DNA from: Fibrobacteria bacterium
Lineage (GTDB): Bacteria > Fibrobacterota > Fibrobacteria > UBA11236
Direction: 5' to 3'
Assembly: GCA_043732185.1 (NCBI GenBank)
Contig: JAYTHY010000112.1
Coordinates: 76,376-140,375 of the forward strand
DNA: 64,000 bases
The stretch's first letter is position 1; every line of letters begins with the position of its first letter. Of this stretch, positions 55,567 to 64,000 are shown one piece after another. The translations under genes were made by a program, and so were the position numbers. Below the pieces are notes generated by a model, which was not told where the DNA came from, made no database searches, and saw only the letters and a program-made list of their open reading frames with translations.

Positions 55567-55609
55567 AAGTTAATACTTTGGCGAACGAGAGTCTGTGACC
55601 GCGGTCACA
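55567..55609 (-). promoter_or_regulatory. Class II CRP/FNR-family-dependent promoter for the hcp pair
   Basis: Perfect palindrome TGTGA-CCGCGG-TCACA (55594-55609). A minus-strand -10-like TAACTT at 55572-55567 puts the box centre at -41.5. Confidence 0.7.
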
Positions 55610-55653
55610 CAGATGCTCTTGGTGTGATGAATGATCCCCACCAGCGGTAAAAT

Positions 55654-55685
55654 AAAAAAAGGCGGAGGGAAAACCCTCCGCCTTT
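55654..55685 (-). terminator. Strong intrinsic terminator after tssC
   Basis: Minus strand AAAGGCGGAGGG-TTTT-CCCTCCGCCTTTTTTT. Confidence 0.92.
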
Positions 55686-55735
55686 GAATTTTGATAATCT
55701 GAAATAACCGGCCTAAATGCCGGATTCACTACGGA

Positions 55736-57229
55736 TTATTTTCCTTTGGGCATCTGCGAAACGAGCTGCAGATTGACATCGATGCCTTCAACTTGGAAAT
55801 GCGGGCTCACAGCCATAGTCACACGGAAAAATCCGGGATTGTCGGCGATTTCTGTAACCTTGACTTCTGCTGCGCTTAACGGACGAAGCGCTGCAACGGC
55901 CGGGCTTGGATTCTTCATTTCCGTGACCAGGTTCTTGATCCAGTTGTTCAATTCGTCCTGCAATACCGCTGCATTTTTAGTCGCACCGATATTTTCGCGT
56001 TGGATCACTTTAAGGTAGTGCGCCAAACGAGATGTGAGGAATATATAAGGTAGGCGTGAATTGATGCGACTGTTGGCGGTTACTCCAGGGTCATCATATA
56101 GCTGGGCCTTCTGAGCGGAATTAGCCGAGAAGAAGCAGGCATAATTACGGTTCTTATAAAAGCTCAAGGGAATGAAACCTTGGTTCGCAAATTCAAATTC
56201 ACGGGTTTCCGGAATCAAAATTTCGGTGGGGATCTTCATCTGGTTGCCGCGGCCTACATCATAGAGATGAATAGGTAAGTCCTCGACTTTGCCGCCGGCT
56301 TCCGGTCCACGGATGCCCACGCACCAACCATTTTCCGCAAAGGAGCGGCTGAGGTTGGCTGCCAAGGAGAAGGTGGCATTGCCCCAGAGATACTTGTCGT
56401 GCTGGTCACCGGTGACCTTTTCCTTATAGACAAATTCCTTTACCGGAACGGTGTCTGGGCCATACGGGAGGCGAAGCAAAAAGCGTGGCAACACCAAGCC
56501 AACATAGCGGGAGTCTTCCGATTCCCGGAAAGCCTTCCACTTCAAATATTCGGCTCTTTCCATATAATTGGCCAAATCTTCAATGGCGGGGAGCTCGCTG
56601 GCGTTCTTGCGATTGAAGAACTGGGCACCTACCGACCCGATGAAAGGGCAATGGGCTGAAGCGGAAATCTTTGAAATGTTCTGCAACAGGCTGATATCCT
56701 GCGGCTTCGAGGTGAACTCGTAATTGGAGATAATGGCTCCAACGGGTTCGCCACCGGGCGTATCGTATTCTTGTGTGTAGATATGCTTGTACATGCCTGT
56801 CTGAATGGTTTCGGGAGCATCCTCGAAATCTTCCAACAAGTTTGCCTTGGCAATATCCAGCATTTCGATTTTAATATTTTTTCGGAAATCGGTCCGGTCA
56901 ACTAGGAACTTGACTCCCTTCCAAGACGATTCCAATTTCTGGAATTCGGGATGGTGCAGGATCGCGTCCAACTGCGAGGACAGCTTTTCGTCCAGTGCAG
57001 CAATTTGCTGATCCAAAACCGTTTTGTCGATTTTCTCAACGGTGCTGCTGCTTTCGGCGATTGCCCCGATAAAGACGCGCAATGCTGCAGTGACACGTTT
57101 ATTCGCTTCCACATCACCGAAATCTTGTTCTTCACGGAACAACATAAGGTCGACGGGTTTATCCGGCGCGGCCTTGATGTCCATGTATTCCAGGATCTCG
57201 TTGACTAGGGATTTCTTTTCCTCTGCCAT
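55736..57229 (-). CDS. tssC: T6SS contractile sheath large subunit TssC
   Basis: QLDAILHHPEFQKLESSW, EYDTPGGEP, AHCPFI, LPRFLLRLPYG, IRGPEAGGKVEDLP and RLAHYLKVIQRENIG. Confidence 0.97.
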   Translation of the reverse strand: MAEEKKSLVNEILEYMDIKAAPDKPVDLMLFREEQDFGDVEANKRVTAALRVFIGAIAESSSTVEKIDKTVLDQQIAALDEKLSSQLDAILHHPEFQKLESSWKGVKFLVDRTDFRKNIKIEMLDIAKANLLEDFEDAPETIQTGMYKHIYTQEYDTPGGEPVGAIISNYEFTSKPQDISLLQNISKISASAHCPFIGSVGAQFFNRKNASELPAIEDLANYMERAEYLKWKAFRESEDSRYVGLVLPRFLLRLPYGPDTVPVKEFVYKEKVTGDQHDKYLWGNATFSLAANLSRSFAENGWCVGIRGPEAGGKVEDLPIHLYDVGRGNQMKIPTEILIPETREFEFANQGFIPLSFYKNRNYACFFSANSAQKAQLYDDPGVTANSRINSRLPYIFLTSRLAHYLKVIQRENIGATKNAAVLQDELNNWIKNLVTEMKNPSPAVAALRPLSAAEVKVTEIADNPGFFRVTMAVSPHFQVEGIDVNLQLVSQMPKGK

Positions 57230-57264
57230 TTTTTCTCCTTGTTCTCGTTTTGCCTGGATGTTAA

Positions 57265-57789
57265 TTAAGCAGGTTTGGCAGCATCATCGCCGCCTTCGCC
57301 CATGGGTACAATCTTGTCCAATTCGGCTACCAAGCTATCCATGGCGCCGCGATCCTGCATGATGGCTTCGAGTTTCTTACGGAACTCTTTGTTGTCCATC
57401 AAGTTGGATTTTAAATCCTTGATCAAATTGCGCGCCGCCAGAAGCTTGGAAAGCTGCGGAACCTGCTTGACGATTTCCAGAGGATCAAAAGACTTCATGT
57501 TTTTGAACTTCAGGTCGACTTTGATGTCACCGCCACCGGGATTGACCTTGTTCTCAACACTCATGTTCAGGCCCAGATCCATGGATTCCATTACCTGGTT
57601 GAAATTGTCTTTATTGATATTGATCTTTTCCTTGTCCACCAAGCGCGTGGAGTCACCCTTTTGGGAGAAGTCACCTAATACCAGCATCTTAAAGGGGAGC
57701 TCGGTTTTTTTCTGGGCTCCACCCTTATCGATATCGAGTTTGATGTTTACGCGTGCCGGAGGGATCTCGTTTTGGAAACTGCCTGCCAT
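57265..57789 (-). CDS. tssB: T6SS contractile sheath small subunit TssB
   Basis: SFQNEIPPARVNIKLD...ELPFKMLVLGDFS and QVPQLSKLLAARNLIKDLK. Confidence 0.96.
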   Translation of the reverse strand: MAGSFQNEIPPARVNIKLDIDKGGAQKKTELPFKMLVLGDFSQKGDSTRLVDKEKININKDNFNQVMESMDLGLNMSVENKVNPGGGDIKVDLKFKNMKSFDPLEIVKQVPQLSKLLAARNLIKDLKSNLMDNKEFRKKLEAIMQDRGAMDSLVAELDKIVPMGEGGDDAAKPA

Positions 57790-57844
57790 TTGCTTTCTCC
57801 TGATTAGTTGGGCTATAAAAAGTAAAGTCGGTAAGGTAGCAACA

Positions 57845-59362
57845 TTATTTGATGTCGGTTACCAAGGCTAGTACGGGGTCCAATTTAGATATTTGGGCAT
57901 GTACCGCAAGGGCTTTTTCCCTGAAAATGTGTTTGAGTCCCTCTTCTGCGGATTCGGAAAGGGCGAGGTAGACCTTTTGAGAAAGGGCATAAACCGATAC
58001 GCACAATTCAGTATCCCAGCGAATCAAGGCATATTGCTCGATGGCGACTAATAAATCGTCAATCAATGCCTTGGAAATATTCATTTTATTGCTTTTGTAG
58101 CATAATTCAGCCATTATCAATTTGCGGTCAAAGTTGTTCTTTTCATTGGAGTCATTGGCGACGCCGGTACGTAACACATTCAAGGCTTGGTCGAGCTTGC
58201 CTTCGCCGAGTAGGGTGGAGGCCTGTTTCTGTTCTTCCCCAACATCCCCTTTTTTCTTAATGGGTGCCGGTCCACCGCCGCCACTTCCACCCAGAACAGG
58301 AAAGACCTCGGTTTGAATCCATTCTTTTGTCATCGCGTCGGCGAAAGGTGTGCCGTCATCAAAGGCTAGGTCCATCAAAGTAGGTAAGCGGCTCAGCAAT
58401 AGGGCTAATTCAATCCGAATGGCTTTGGTAGCCGGGGCAAATTCTGGCCCAACTCCAATGAGTGCCGTACAAATAAAGCGCTGTAAATCAAACCAGAACA
58501 GCATGCCATCAGCTGAAAAAGCATCTTCTCCATTTTTGGCTAAATCCGGCCACAGTTGCTCTTGAAACAAATTTCTGAAGGCTTCCACCGTGGCGGAGTA
58601 GGGCGCGGGCACCATGGTTTTCCCGCCCGTGCTGGGCGGAGGGGATTCAATGGGCTCCCATTTGAGCATACGCATGATACGGTAGGGAAAGGGATTCGCT
58701 TGGTTTTCCGTACTTAAAAAACTCGCCGCATTTTGCATGGCCATGAAGCAATCATCAACGGAACCCAAAACGCCCGGTCCGGTGCTGACGGGTGCTGCTT
58801 CGGATGAGGTCTGCGTCTGCTGCTCTTCGATGGGCTTGGGTTTGTTTTTTTCTGCCAGCTCCCGAACAAATTTCGTGAAGCCCATAAAGGATGGCGCACC
58901 TTCAGGAAATTTCTGATCACAAAAGGCAACGAGTTTAGTCAATTCATCGGAGGCGGTTACTAGGATTTCGTAGGTCCCATGGGTCGAGATACCACCAAGG
59001 ATGGTCAGCAACCTTTCGCCGTTTAGCCACTTTAAAGTATTCGTACGGGCGGTGGGACGCTTGGGATGGATGTCGTCCCAATGTTCCATCACAAGTTTAC
59101 AATACGCAATCACGCTTTCAGCTAGGGCATCGGCGCCGGAATTGACGGCTGTAGACCAGGTCAGATACCCCATTACCCGCATATCCTTGGACTTTTTCAG
59201 TAGGAAGCGCTTGGACGCTTCCTCCATCACCGTAAAATTATTCTCGGAGCTTTTGTCCGCCTCGCCGCGGGCTGCTTCGAAATCGGCATCATAACTGCCG
59301 TCCTCTCCGCAGAAGGAGGTGTCGCTGATGGGTTTTAGGAGATCTTCGAGCAAAGAAGCCAT
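57845..59362 (-). CDS. tssA: T6SS TssA (ImpA_N + VasJ-type C-terminal region)
   Basis: LLKPIS..CGED..YD.DF, SKDMRV, WDDIHP.R..AR, FWFDLQR and FDDGTPFAD..T.EWI. Confidence 0.92.
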   Translation of the reverse strand: MASLLEDLLKPISDTSFCGEDGSYDADFEAARGEADKSSENNFTVMEEASKRFLLKKSKDMRVMGYLTWSTAVNSGADALAESVIAYCKLVMEHWDDIHPKRPTARTNTLKWLNGERLLTILGGISTHGTYEILVTASDELTKLVAFCDQKFPEGAPSFMGFTKFVRELAEKNKPKPIEEQQTQTSSEAAPVSTGPGVLGSVDDCFMAMQNAASFLSTENQANPFPYRIMRMLKWEPIESPPPSTGGKTMVPAPYSATVEAFRNLFQEQLWPDLAKNGEDAFSADGMLFWFDLQRFICTALIGVGPEFAPATKAIRIELALLLSRLPTLMDLAFDDGTPFADAMTKEWIQTEVFPVLGGSGGGGPAPIKKKGDVGEEQKQASTLLGEGKLDQALNVLRTGVANDSNEKNNFDRKLIMAELCYKSNKMNISKALIDDLLVAIEQYALIRWDTELCVSVYALSQKVYLALSESAEEGLKHIFREKALAVHAQISKLDPVLALVTDIK

Positions 59363-59392
59363 GCGGGGTTCCTCCTTCCGGATTTCAATGGA

Positions 59393-62300
59393 TCAGGGAG
59401 TGTTGGTGCTGGTTCGCGAATCCCCGTCTCCGCTTATGAGCGTAGCAGGCAAGTCGAAATGATAATATTCAGGGGAGGTAAAGGGGTTATCGCGATCGGG
59501 AATATTTCCTTCGATGGCGACATCCACATCGTACTTCTGGGCAACGTTGAAACGCCATTTGGCCGTGAGTCCGCCGGTTCTGAGATTCAAAGCGCGCGCG
59601 CCATCCAAAAGTTTCTGGAAGCCCCAAGGGCCATCCACTCGGCGGCCTTGTGAGCCTCCGTTGATGTTGTCAACCATAATCTCCGCGCCCTTATAACTGT
59701 TTTCAGTGGGCCAACGGAAAGTCTGTCGGACTTGGACTTCTCCCGGCTTAACGGAGATTTTGTCGTCACCGATTCTAAAAGTGACGCGAGCGGAATTGCG
59801 CGTCTCCAACAAGCTGATGTTAATATTGTAAACCCGCAAGCCCGCATCGGAATACATACGCTTGCTCACAGCCAAGGCTTTGGATATTCCCGTGAGCGTG
59901 GCTGGGTTGAAGGCAATGCGAATACCATTCCAATGTTTGGCGGAAACCACATCATCCTCAACTTTGACGAAGGGGAGTAGTTTGCCATTAAAGAAAAGTG
60001 GGAAGGCACCTTTGTCCGGACCAAAGAAAGCTTTTAAGTCTTCCAGATTGGCTTCTTGCGAACCGGTTTTAAGCAGAGGATAACGTCCCTTGAGATTTTG
60101 CGTATAGAAGGCAAGCACCTTGCTCTTGTAGGCTGCATCAAGTTGTGAGCCGGCTGCTGCGCCTAAATAGCTGGCTACGTTGCGCACGGGTGTTTCTAAT
60201 AAAGGAGGTAGCCAGGTTTGACCTTCATATCGGGTTCTTATTTTGTTGGCTTCATTCCAGCATGTATTGAGTGGGCTTTCGGATTTTCCAGCGAACAGGG
60301 CCTGAGCGGCATCCATAACATCGGTGCCGTTCTCGCCACCTTGGGCGAGTTTGGACAGCACTTCTGAAAGGCCGCGCACGGATCCAAAATAGTCCTGCAA
60401 CAATCCGGCTCCAGCTGGGCCACCATTCAACTCTTCCACAAATTTAAAGCGGTCCTTCAACAGTTTTTTATCGGCATCGCGGGCTTCCATCGCCATGGAA
60501 GCAAGTTTGCCAAGTTTTCCCATTTTCTTTTCGGCAGCCCCGACGGCTGCGGATGGCGGTGCCAGTAAGTTGACTTCAATCAGCAACCGAGACAACACTG
60601 CAGGCAGTCCTTGAGTGGTTGAAGCAAATCCACTGAGTTTGCCGGAAGCCTGTCCCGGATCCTGGGGTAAACGAACCGAAAGGCTTTGTAAGAAACGCAG
60701 CCATTCCTCGGCATATTCCTGATAATACTTGTCAACCAATGCGCGGTACAGCTGCTTTTGATCTTGCATTTCAGGAGGTAATGTCGTGACAGCACCTTCC
60801 CCCAATACCCAGTCGCGTTGATGTGGTTCTTCGGCACCTTGCGCAAGTTTATCCATAGCATCGTCATCAAAAGCTGCCTTGGTGTAGAACCCCCGGACTT
60901 TACCGCCACTTTTAAGCGCAGCATCTGCGGGAATTCCCATTTCGGTAATGGTCAAATCGCGGGCGGCATCTTCAGCCCCAACTATGGAGGCGTATAAGCC
61001 TTCAATACTGGGTGTGCCCACCAGACTTTGCCTAGTGGCCTTAACCAAATTGGCATCTCCGCGATCCAGTGCGGGAATCTTTCCGTCGAGAAAACGTTCG
61101 GCATAGTAATTGGCATGATCTTCAAGCCCTGTTTCCAAATTGGCGGCTAGATTTTCCGCTCCGTATTTGTGCATCGATTCCTGGGCCCAGGCTGGAGCCA
61201 ATAAAGAAGACAGTTCCTTGGCTTTGATTTCCTTGAAATGGGTGCGGCCTTCGGTGGTCAGCAGCAAATACAGTTTCAGATTTTCACGCAGCTTGGCGTG
61301 CTCCGCCGGGCTGTAGAACTTGGAAGCCACTTCCATATTAGCTGCCAAGGTCCGTAGGCCATCACGGCCGGCCATAAGATTTAATTCATAGGCATGTACT
61401 TGACTGGCAAGTTCCAGGGCTTCAGAAGAATGGCCAAACCCAGGTGGGAGATGACCACCTTGTCCGGACTCAAGACCGCGGATGGCTGCAAGCAGTTTAT
61501 CCATGACGGCATAGTTGGACCGGAAGTCCCGTGGTTCCCGCCAGTTCAAACGTCCGGCATCGGCGACTATTTTGGAAACGTCACCCAAGTAGGCACGGCT
61601 TTTGAGGAAGCCGGTCAGGCCGTAGATTAAAATGAATAGCCCAACGATGGACATTATGGCCGAAGTGATCAAAGCCTGGCGAGACAAGCTGCCAAGTCGA
61701 TAGCCGGGAATTTGGGCCAAGGACTTGTCGTTTTTGAGCACGCCACCAAAAAGGAGATAGGTAAAAAGTGCGCGGGGTCGAGACGTTTTTTCCGCTTTGG
61801 GCGCGGCACTGGGACCACGTAATTTTGATTTATGATCCAAGAAATGGGCGGCCTCACCACCTTGGTCCTGGAAGGGATCGCTGCCGCGAAGCTGACCCGC
61901 TTGACCCATTAAGTCACTGGGATCGGAAGGCATGACACTGGTTAAGAAAAAGCCGCGGAACATGGCGCGTTCCCGAGTCATGGTATCCTTGAAAAGGTGT
62001 TCCACAAAGGTGGCCATGCGCTCTTGTGCCGCTCCGAATTCATTTGGGAAGAGGAAAATCTGCTTGCGTTTCCCTGGCTCGCCCACCTGCGAAAGCCGTC
62101 CGGCAATTCGGTTCTGAAGCGAGTCCCAAATCTTTTTGTACTCCCGTTCAAATCGTACTTTGGCTGGAGCCAAATTTCCGCGTAACGCAAAAGTGGCACC
62201 CAAAACTTGATGGCTTTCCGGTTCCTGTAAATTTTCGAAAAATTCTCGGAAGCCCGGCAGCATATCAGAATGCGTGAACACCAAATAAATCGGCAATTCA

Positions 62301-63022
62301 AGGCGCAAAATCGACATGGCCATGGCCATTTTTTCTCGAAAGCGTGCGGCGATATCCGCAATAGGCTGTCCACCATCCAGTAACTCTTTTAGGCTAACTA
62401 CCACCAACACGCCATCAAGGGCGGAGCGTTTGCCTTCCTTGGCCAGCTGCGTCAACCAAAACTGAAATTCATCGTCGCCTTCTTCACCCGTGGCATATCG
62501 CGTAGGGGTTTCCAAAAATATTCCTTGATTGGAAAACCACCATTGTGTGAAGTGCTGGGTTTGCTTGGCCAAATCCGCTGCAGAAGGAAAGCGGCGGGGG
62601 AAATGAATACCGGAATGTTCAAGAATCGTAGTCTTGCCGGATTCCGTATTGCCAAACACCATGTAAAACTTGAAAATATCCAGCGGGTCTTGACCCATTT
62701 TCACCTTGCTCTTGCCGGACTGCTTGAGCACATCAAGGGCGCTCTTGGTTTCAATCTTGAGCGGTTCCTGCCAGGGCTTTAAGGATATTTCAGTCTCAAA
62801 AGGATTGATTTGCGACTGGTCTTGACTCTTCAGCGCTTTCTTTAAACGGAAAATACTGAGAACCAAAGTTACAAGACCTGCGATTAGCAATGGCACCAAG
62901 GACCATAGGATCCTTGCAAGCGAGTCTTTTAAACCCATCAGTGGAAGCAGGAAAAAAAGCGCTAATCCCAATAAAACCGCGGATGTCAACAACCAAAAGG
63001 TGAGTGATTTAAAAATTTTCAT
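59393..63022 (-). CDS. tssM: T6SS membrane complex subunit TssM (IcmF)
   Basis: Two N-terminal TMs, Walker A GNTESGKTT, WWFSNQ, LPIYLVFTH.D.LPGF.EFF, FRGFFLTS, a third TM, GRYP and GPWGFQKL. Confidence 0.93.
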   Translation of the reverse strand: MKIFKSLTFWLLTSAVLLGLALFFLLPLMGLKDSLARILWSLVPLLIAGLVTLVLSIFRLKKALKSQDQSQINPFETEISLKPWQEPLKIETKSALDVLKQSGKSKVKMGQDPLDIFKFYMVFGNTESGKTTILEHSGIHFPRRFPSAADLAKQTQHFTQWWFSNQGIFLETPTRYATGEEGDDEFQFWLTQLAKEGKRSALDGVLVVVSLKELLDGGQPIADIAARFREKMAMAMSILRLELPIYLVFTHSDMLPGFREFFENLQEPESHQVLGATFALRGNLAPAKVRFEREYKKIWDSLQNRIAGRLSQVGEPGKRKQIFLFPNEFGAAQERMATFVEHLFKDTMTRERAMFRGFFLTSVMPSDPSDLMGQAGQLRGSDPFQDQGGEAAHFLDHKSKLRGPSAAPKAEKTSRPRALFTYLLFGGVLKNDKSLAQIPGYRLGSLSRQALITSAIMSIVGLFILIYGLTGFLKSRAYLGDVSKIVADAGRLNWREPRDFRSNYAVMDKLLAAIRGLESGQGGHLPPGFGHSSEALELASQVHAYELNLMAGRDGLRTLAANMEVASKFYSPAEHAKLRENLKLYLLLTTEGRTHFKEIKAKELSSLLAPAWAQESMHKYGAENLAANLETGLEDHANYYAERFLDGKIPALDRGDANLVKATRQSLVGTPSIEGLYASIVGAEDAARDLTITEMGIPADAALKSGGKVRGFYTKAAFDDDAMDKLAQGAEEPHQRDWVLGEGAVTTLPPEMQDQKQLYRALVDKYYQEYAEEWLRFLQSLSVRLPQDPGQASGKLSGFASTTQGLPAVLSRLLIEVNLLAPPSAAVGAAEKKMGKLGKLASMAMEARDADKKLLKDRFKFVEELNGGPAGAGLLQDYFGSVRGLSEVLSKLAQGGENGTDVMDAAQALFAGKSESPLNTCWNEANKIRTRYEGQTWLPPLLETPVRNVASYLGAAAGSQLDAAYKSKVLAFYTQNLKGRYPLLKTGSQEANLEDLKAFFGPDKGAFPLFFNGKLLPFVKVEDDVVSAKHWNGIRIAFNPATLTGISKALAVSKRMYSDAGLRVYNINISLLETRNSARVTFRIGDDKISVKPGEVQVRQTFRWPTENSYKGAEIMVDNINGGSQGRRVDGPWGFQKLLDGARALNLRTGGLTAKWRFNVAQKYDVDVAIEGNIPDRDNPFTSPEYYHFDLPATLISGDGDSRTSTNTP

Positions 63023-63885
63023 GGCGCTGCCGGAGTCCTATTCTGCAGGCTTTCCACGGCCGTGCGGGCCAGGTCCAGGGAGCCGTCGCTGGCCAACATC
63101 ATGATCAAAAATAACAGAGTCGATAAAGCCAGAAAGATGGCTGAGCCGATGATGAGTGGGCGGCCACTTTTTTCCTGTCCCTTCACGCCAGGCTGAACAT
63201 AGGCGGCAGGTGAAATGGATTTGGGCGGTGTTCCTTTAACGCCCTCAATGCGCTTAAGGAGATTGCGTACCACATTCGGCAAGACTTCGGGTCCGGATAG
63301 ACGGTAGCGTCCCAAGAATCCGAGGGCCAAAACCAAATAATAAACTTCGATGACTTCTAGATTGCGCTTGAGGTCCGGAAGCAAGCTTTCGAGTCGTTTG
63401 AAAAAATTTTCACCAGCCAGGTTGTCGTTAAAAAAGGCGGTTTGCAAGGGCTCTTCAATCCAGCTTTCGCGGCAATTACTTTCCGAATTGACAATGGTTT
63501 CATCGATAAAGGCCGCCAAGGCATACTTGGCATGGTCGACGGATTCCGCAGACTTGCCATGCGACAGGCACGTCCTTTCAAAATCTTTGAAATAGGCGAG
63601 GATGAGTCGTTTTAATTGATCGGGTTGGCCCAAGTTTGAAGTCTCGCGGATTTTTACGCCGATGAGTAAAATATCCGTTGCCAGAATGGTCAATGCGGGC
63701 ACTTCTTTTTGGGCGGTAGCCGCACCGGATCCGAACAACGTCTGGCCCGCGCTTGCACCATTGCTGCCGAAAAGGGTTTGTACGGCTCCATCGGCCCAGT
63801 CCATACCATTGCCTTGCCCAAAAGCCGTGCGCATGGCCGGCTGAATGGGTTGTTGTAACGTTTTTTTCTGTCCAGGTTGCATCAT
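63019..63885 (-). CDS. tssL: T6SS membrane complex subunit TssL (DotU), without OmpA domain
   Basis: AKYALAAFIDE, W...PLQ, AGENFF.RL and EVYYLVLALGFLGRY; single C-terminal TM; ATGA overlap with tssM. Confidence 0.93.
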   Translation of the reverse strand: MMQPGQKKTLQQPIQPAMRTAFGQGNGMDWADGAVQTLFGSNGASAGQTLFGSGAATAQKEVPALTILATDILLIGVKIRETSNLGQPDQLKRLILAYFKDFERTCLSHGKSAESVDHAKYALAAFIDETIVNSESNCRESWIEEPLQTAFFNDNLAGENFFKRLESLLPDLKRNLEVIEVYYLVLALGFLGRYRLSGPEVLPNVVRNLLKRIEGVKGTPPKSISPAAYVQPGVKGQEKSGRPLIIGSAIFLALSTLLFLIMMLASDGSLDLARTAVESLQNRTPAAP

Positions 63886-63941
63886 GGGAAGTTTTATAGT
63901 GCCAAGCGGAGCTTGGCGCCAAGGACTCCTAGGTAGTGGGG

Positions 63942-64000
63942 TTATTCCGTGGTGGCTATCAGCTCGAGTTTTGTCGAAGGCAGATCGGTGGGCATGTGAA
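63942..64000 (-). CDS. tssK: Probable C-terminus of T6SS TssK (gene enters from the right edge)
   Basis: Manual translation ...HMPTDLPSTKLELIATTE* resembles the TssK terminus (P..LP..KLEL.A) and lies directly upstream of tssL, the canonical order. Confidence 0.7.
   Translation of the reverse strand, partial: HMPTDLPSTKLELIATTE

Noticed and set aside
57275..57871. 198-aa plus-strand ORF
   Set aside because: It is the antisense shadow of tssB.
63578..63922. 114-aa ORF with AGGAG upstream, plus a GCCAAGC/GCTTGGC hairpin at 63901-63917
   Set aside because: The ORF is out of frame with and overlaps tssL, the SD spacing is too short, and the hairpin lacks a U-tract, so no function can be supported.

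Overview
A gene-dense bacterial window of about 50% GC. The host is probably in the FCB group, most likely Fibrobacterota; this is inferred from the protein architectures only. Positions 1-46.5 kb encode mostly secreted carbohydrate-active and surface proteins: a GH78 rhamnosidase, a GH2, esterases, beta-propellers, and DUF2341+LamG proteins. Most carry either T9SS/FlgD-like C-terminal domains or a short 'D/S-x-x-G-R' tail. This part also holds a xylFGH-type ABC operon coupled to a TonB-dependent receptor, and a divergently transcribed 5697-aa giant protein (autotransporter-type passenger repeats, five DUF2341-LamG modules, beta-helix, CTD, no beta-barrel). Positions 46.5-50.8 kb encode a CUT1 carbohydrate ABC transporter. 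Positions 50.9-64 kb encode a Proteobacteria-type T6SS (tssK'-L-M-A-B-C | hcp-hcp | tssE-F-G) that runs off the right edge. The most notable non-coding signal is two perfect CRP-type boxes (TGTGA-N6-TCACA). One lies in exact class II geometry (-41.5) before the separately terminated tandem hcp unit; the other lies between the sugar ABC operon and the giant adhesin. Together they suggest carbon-status co-regulation of sugar uptake, adhesion and T6SS tube synthesis. No rRNA, tRNA, CRISPR array or mobile element was seen.
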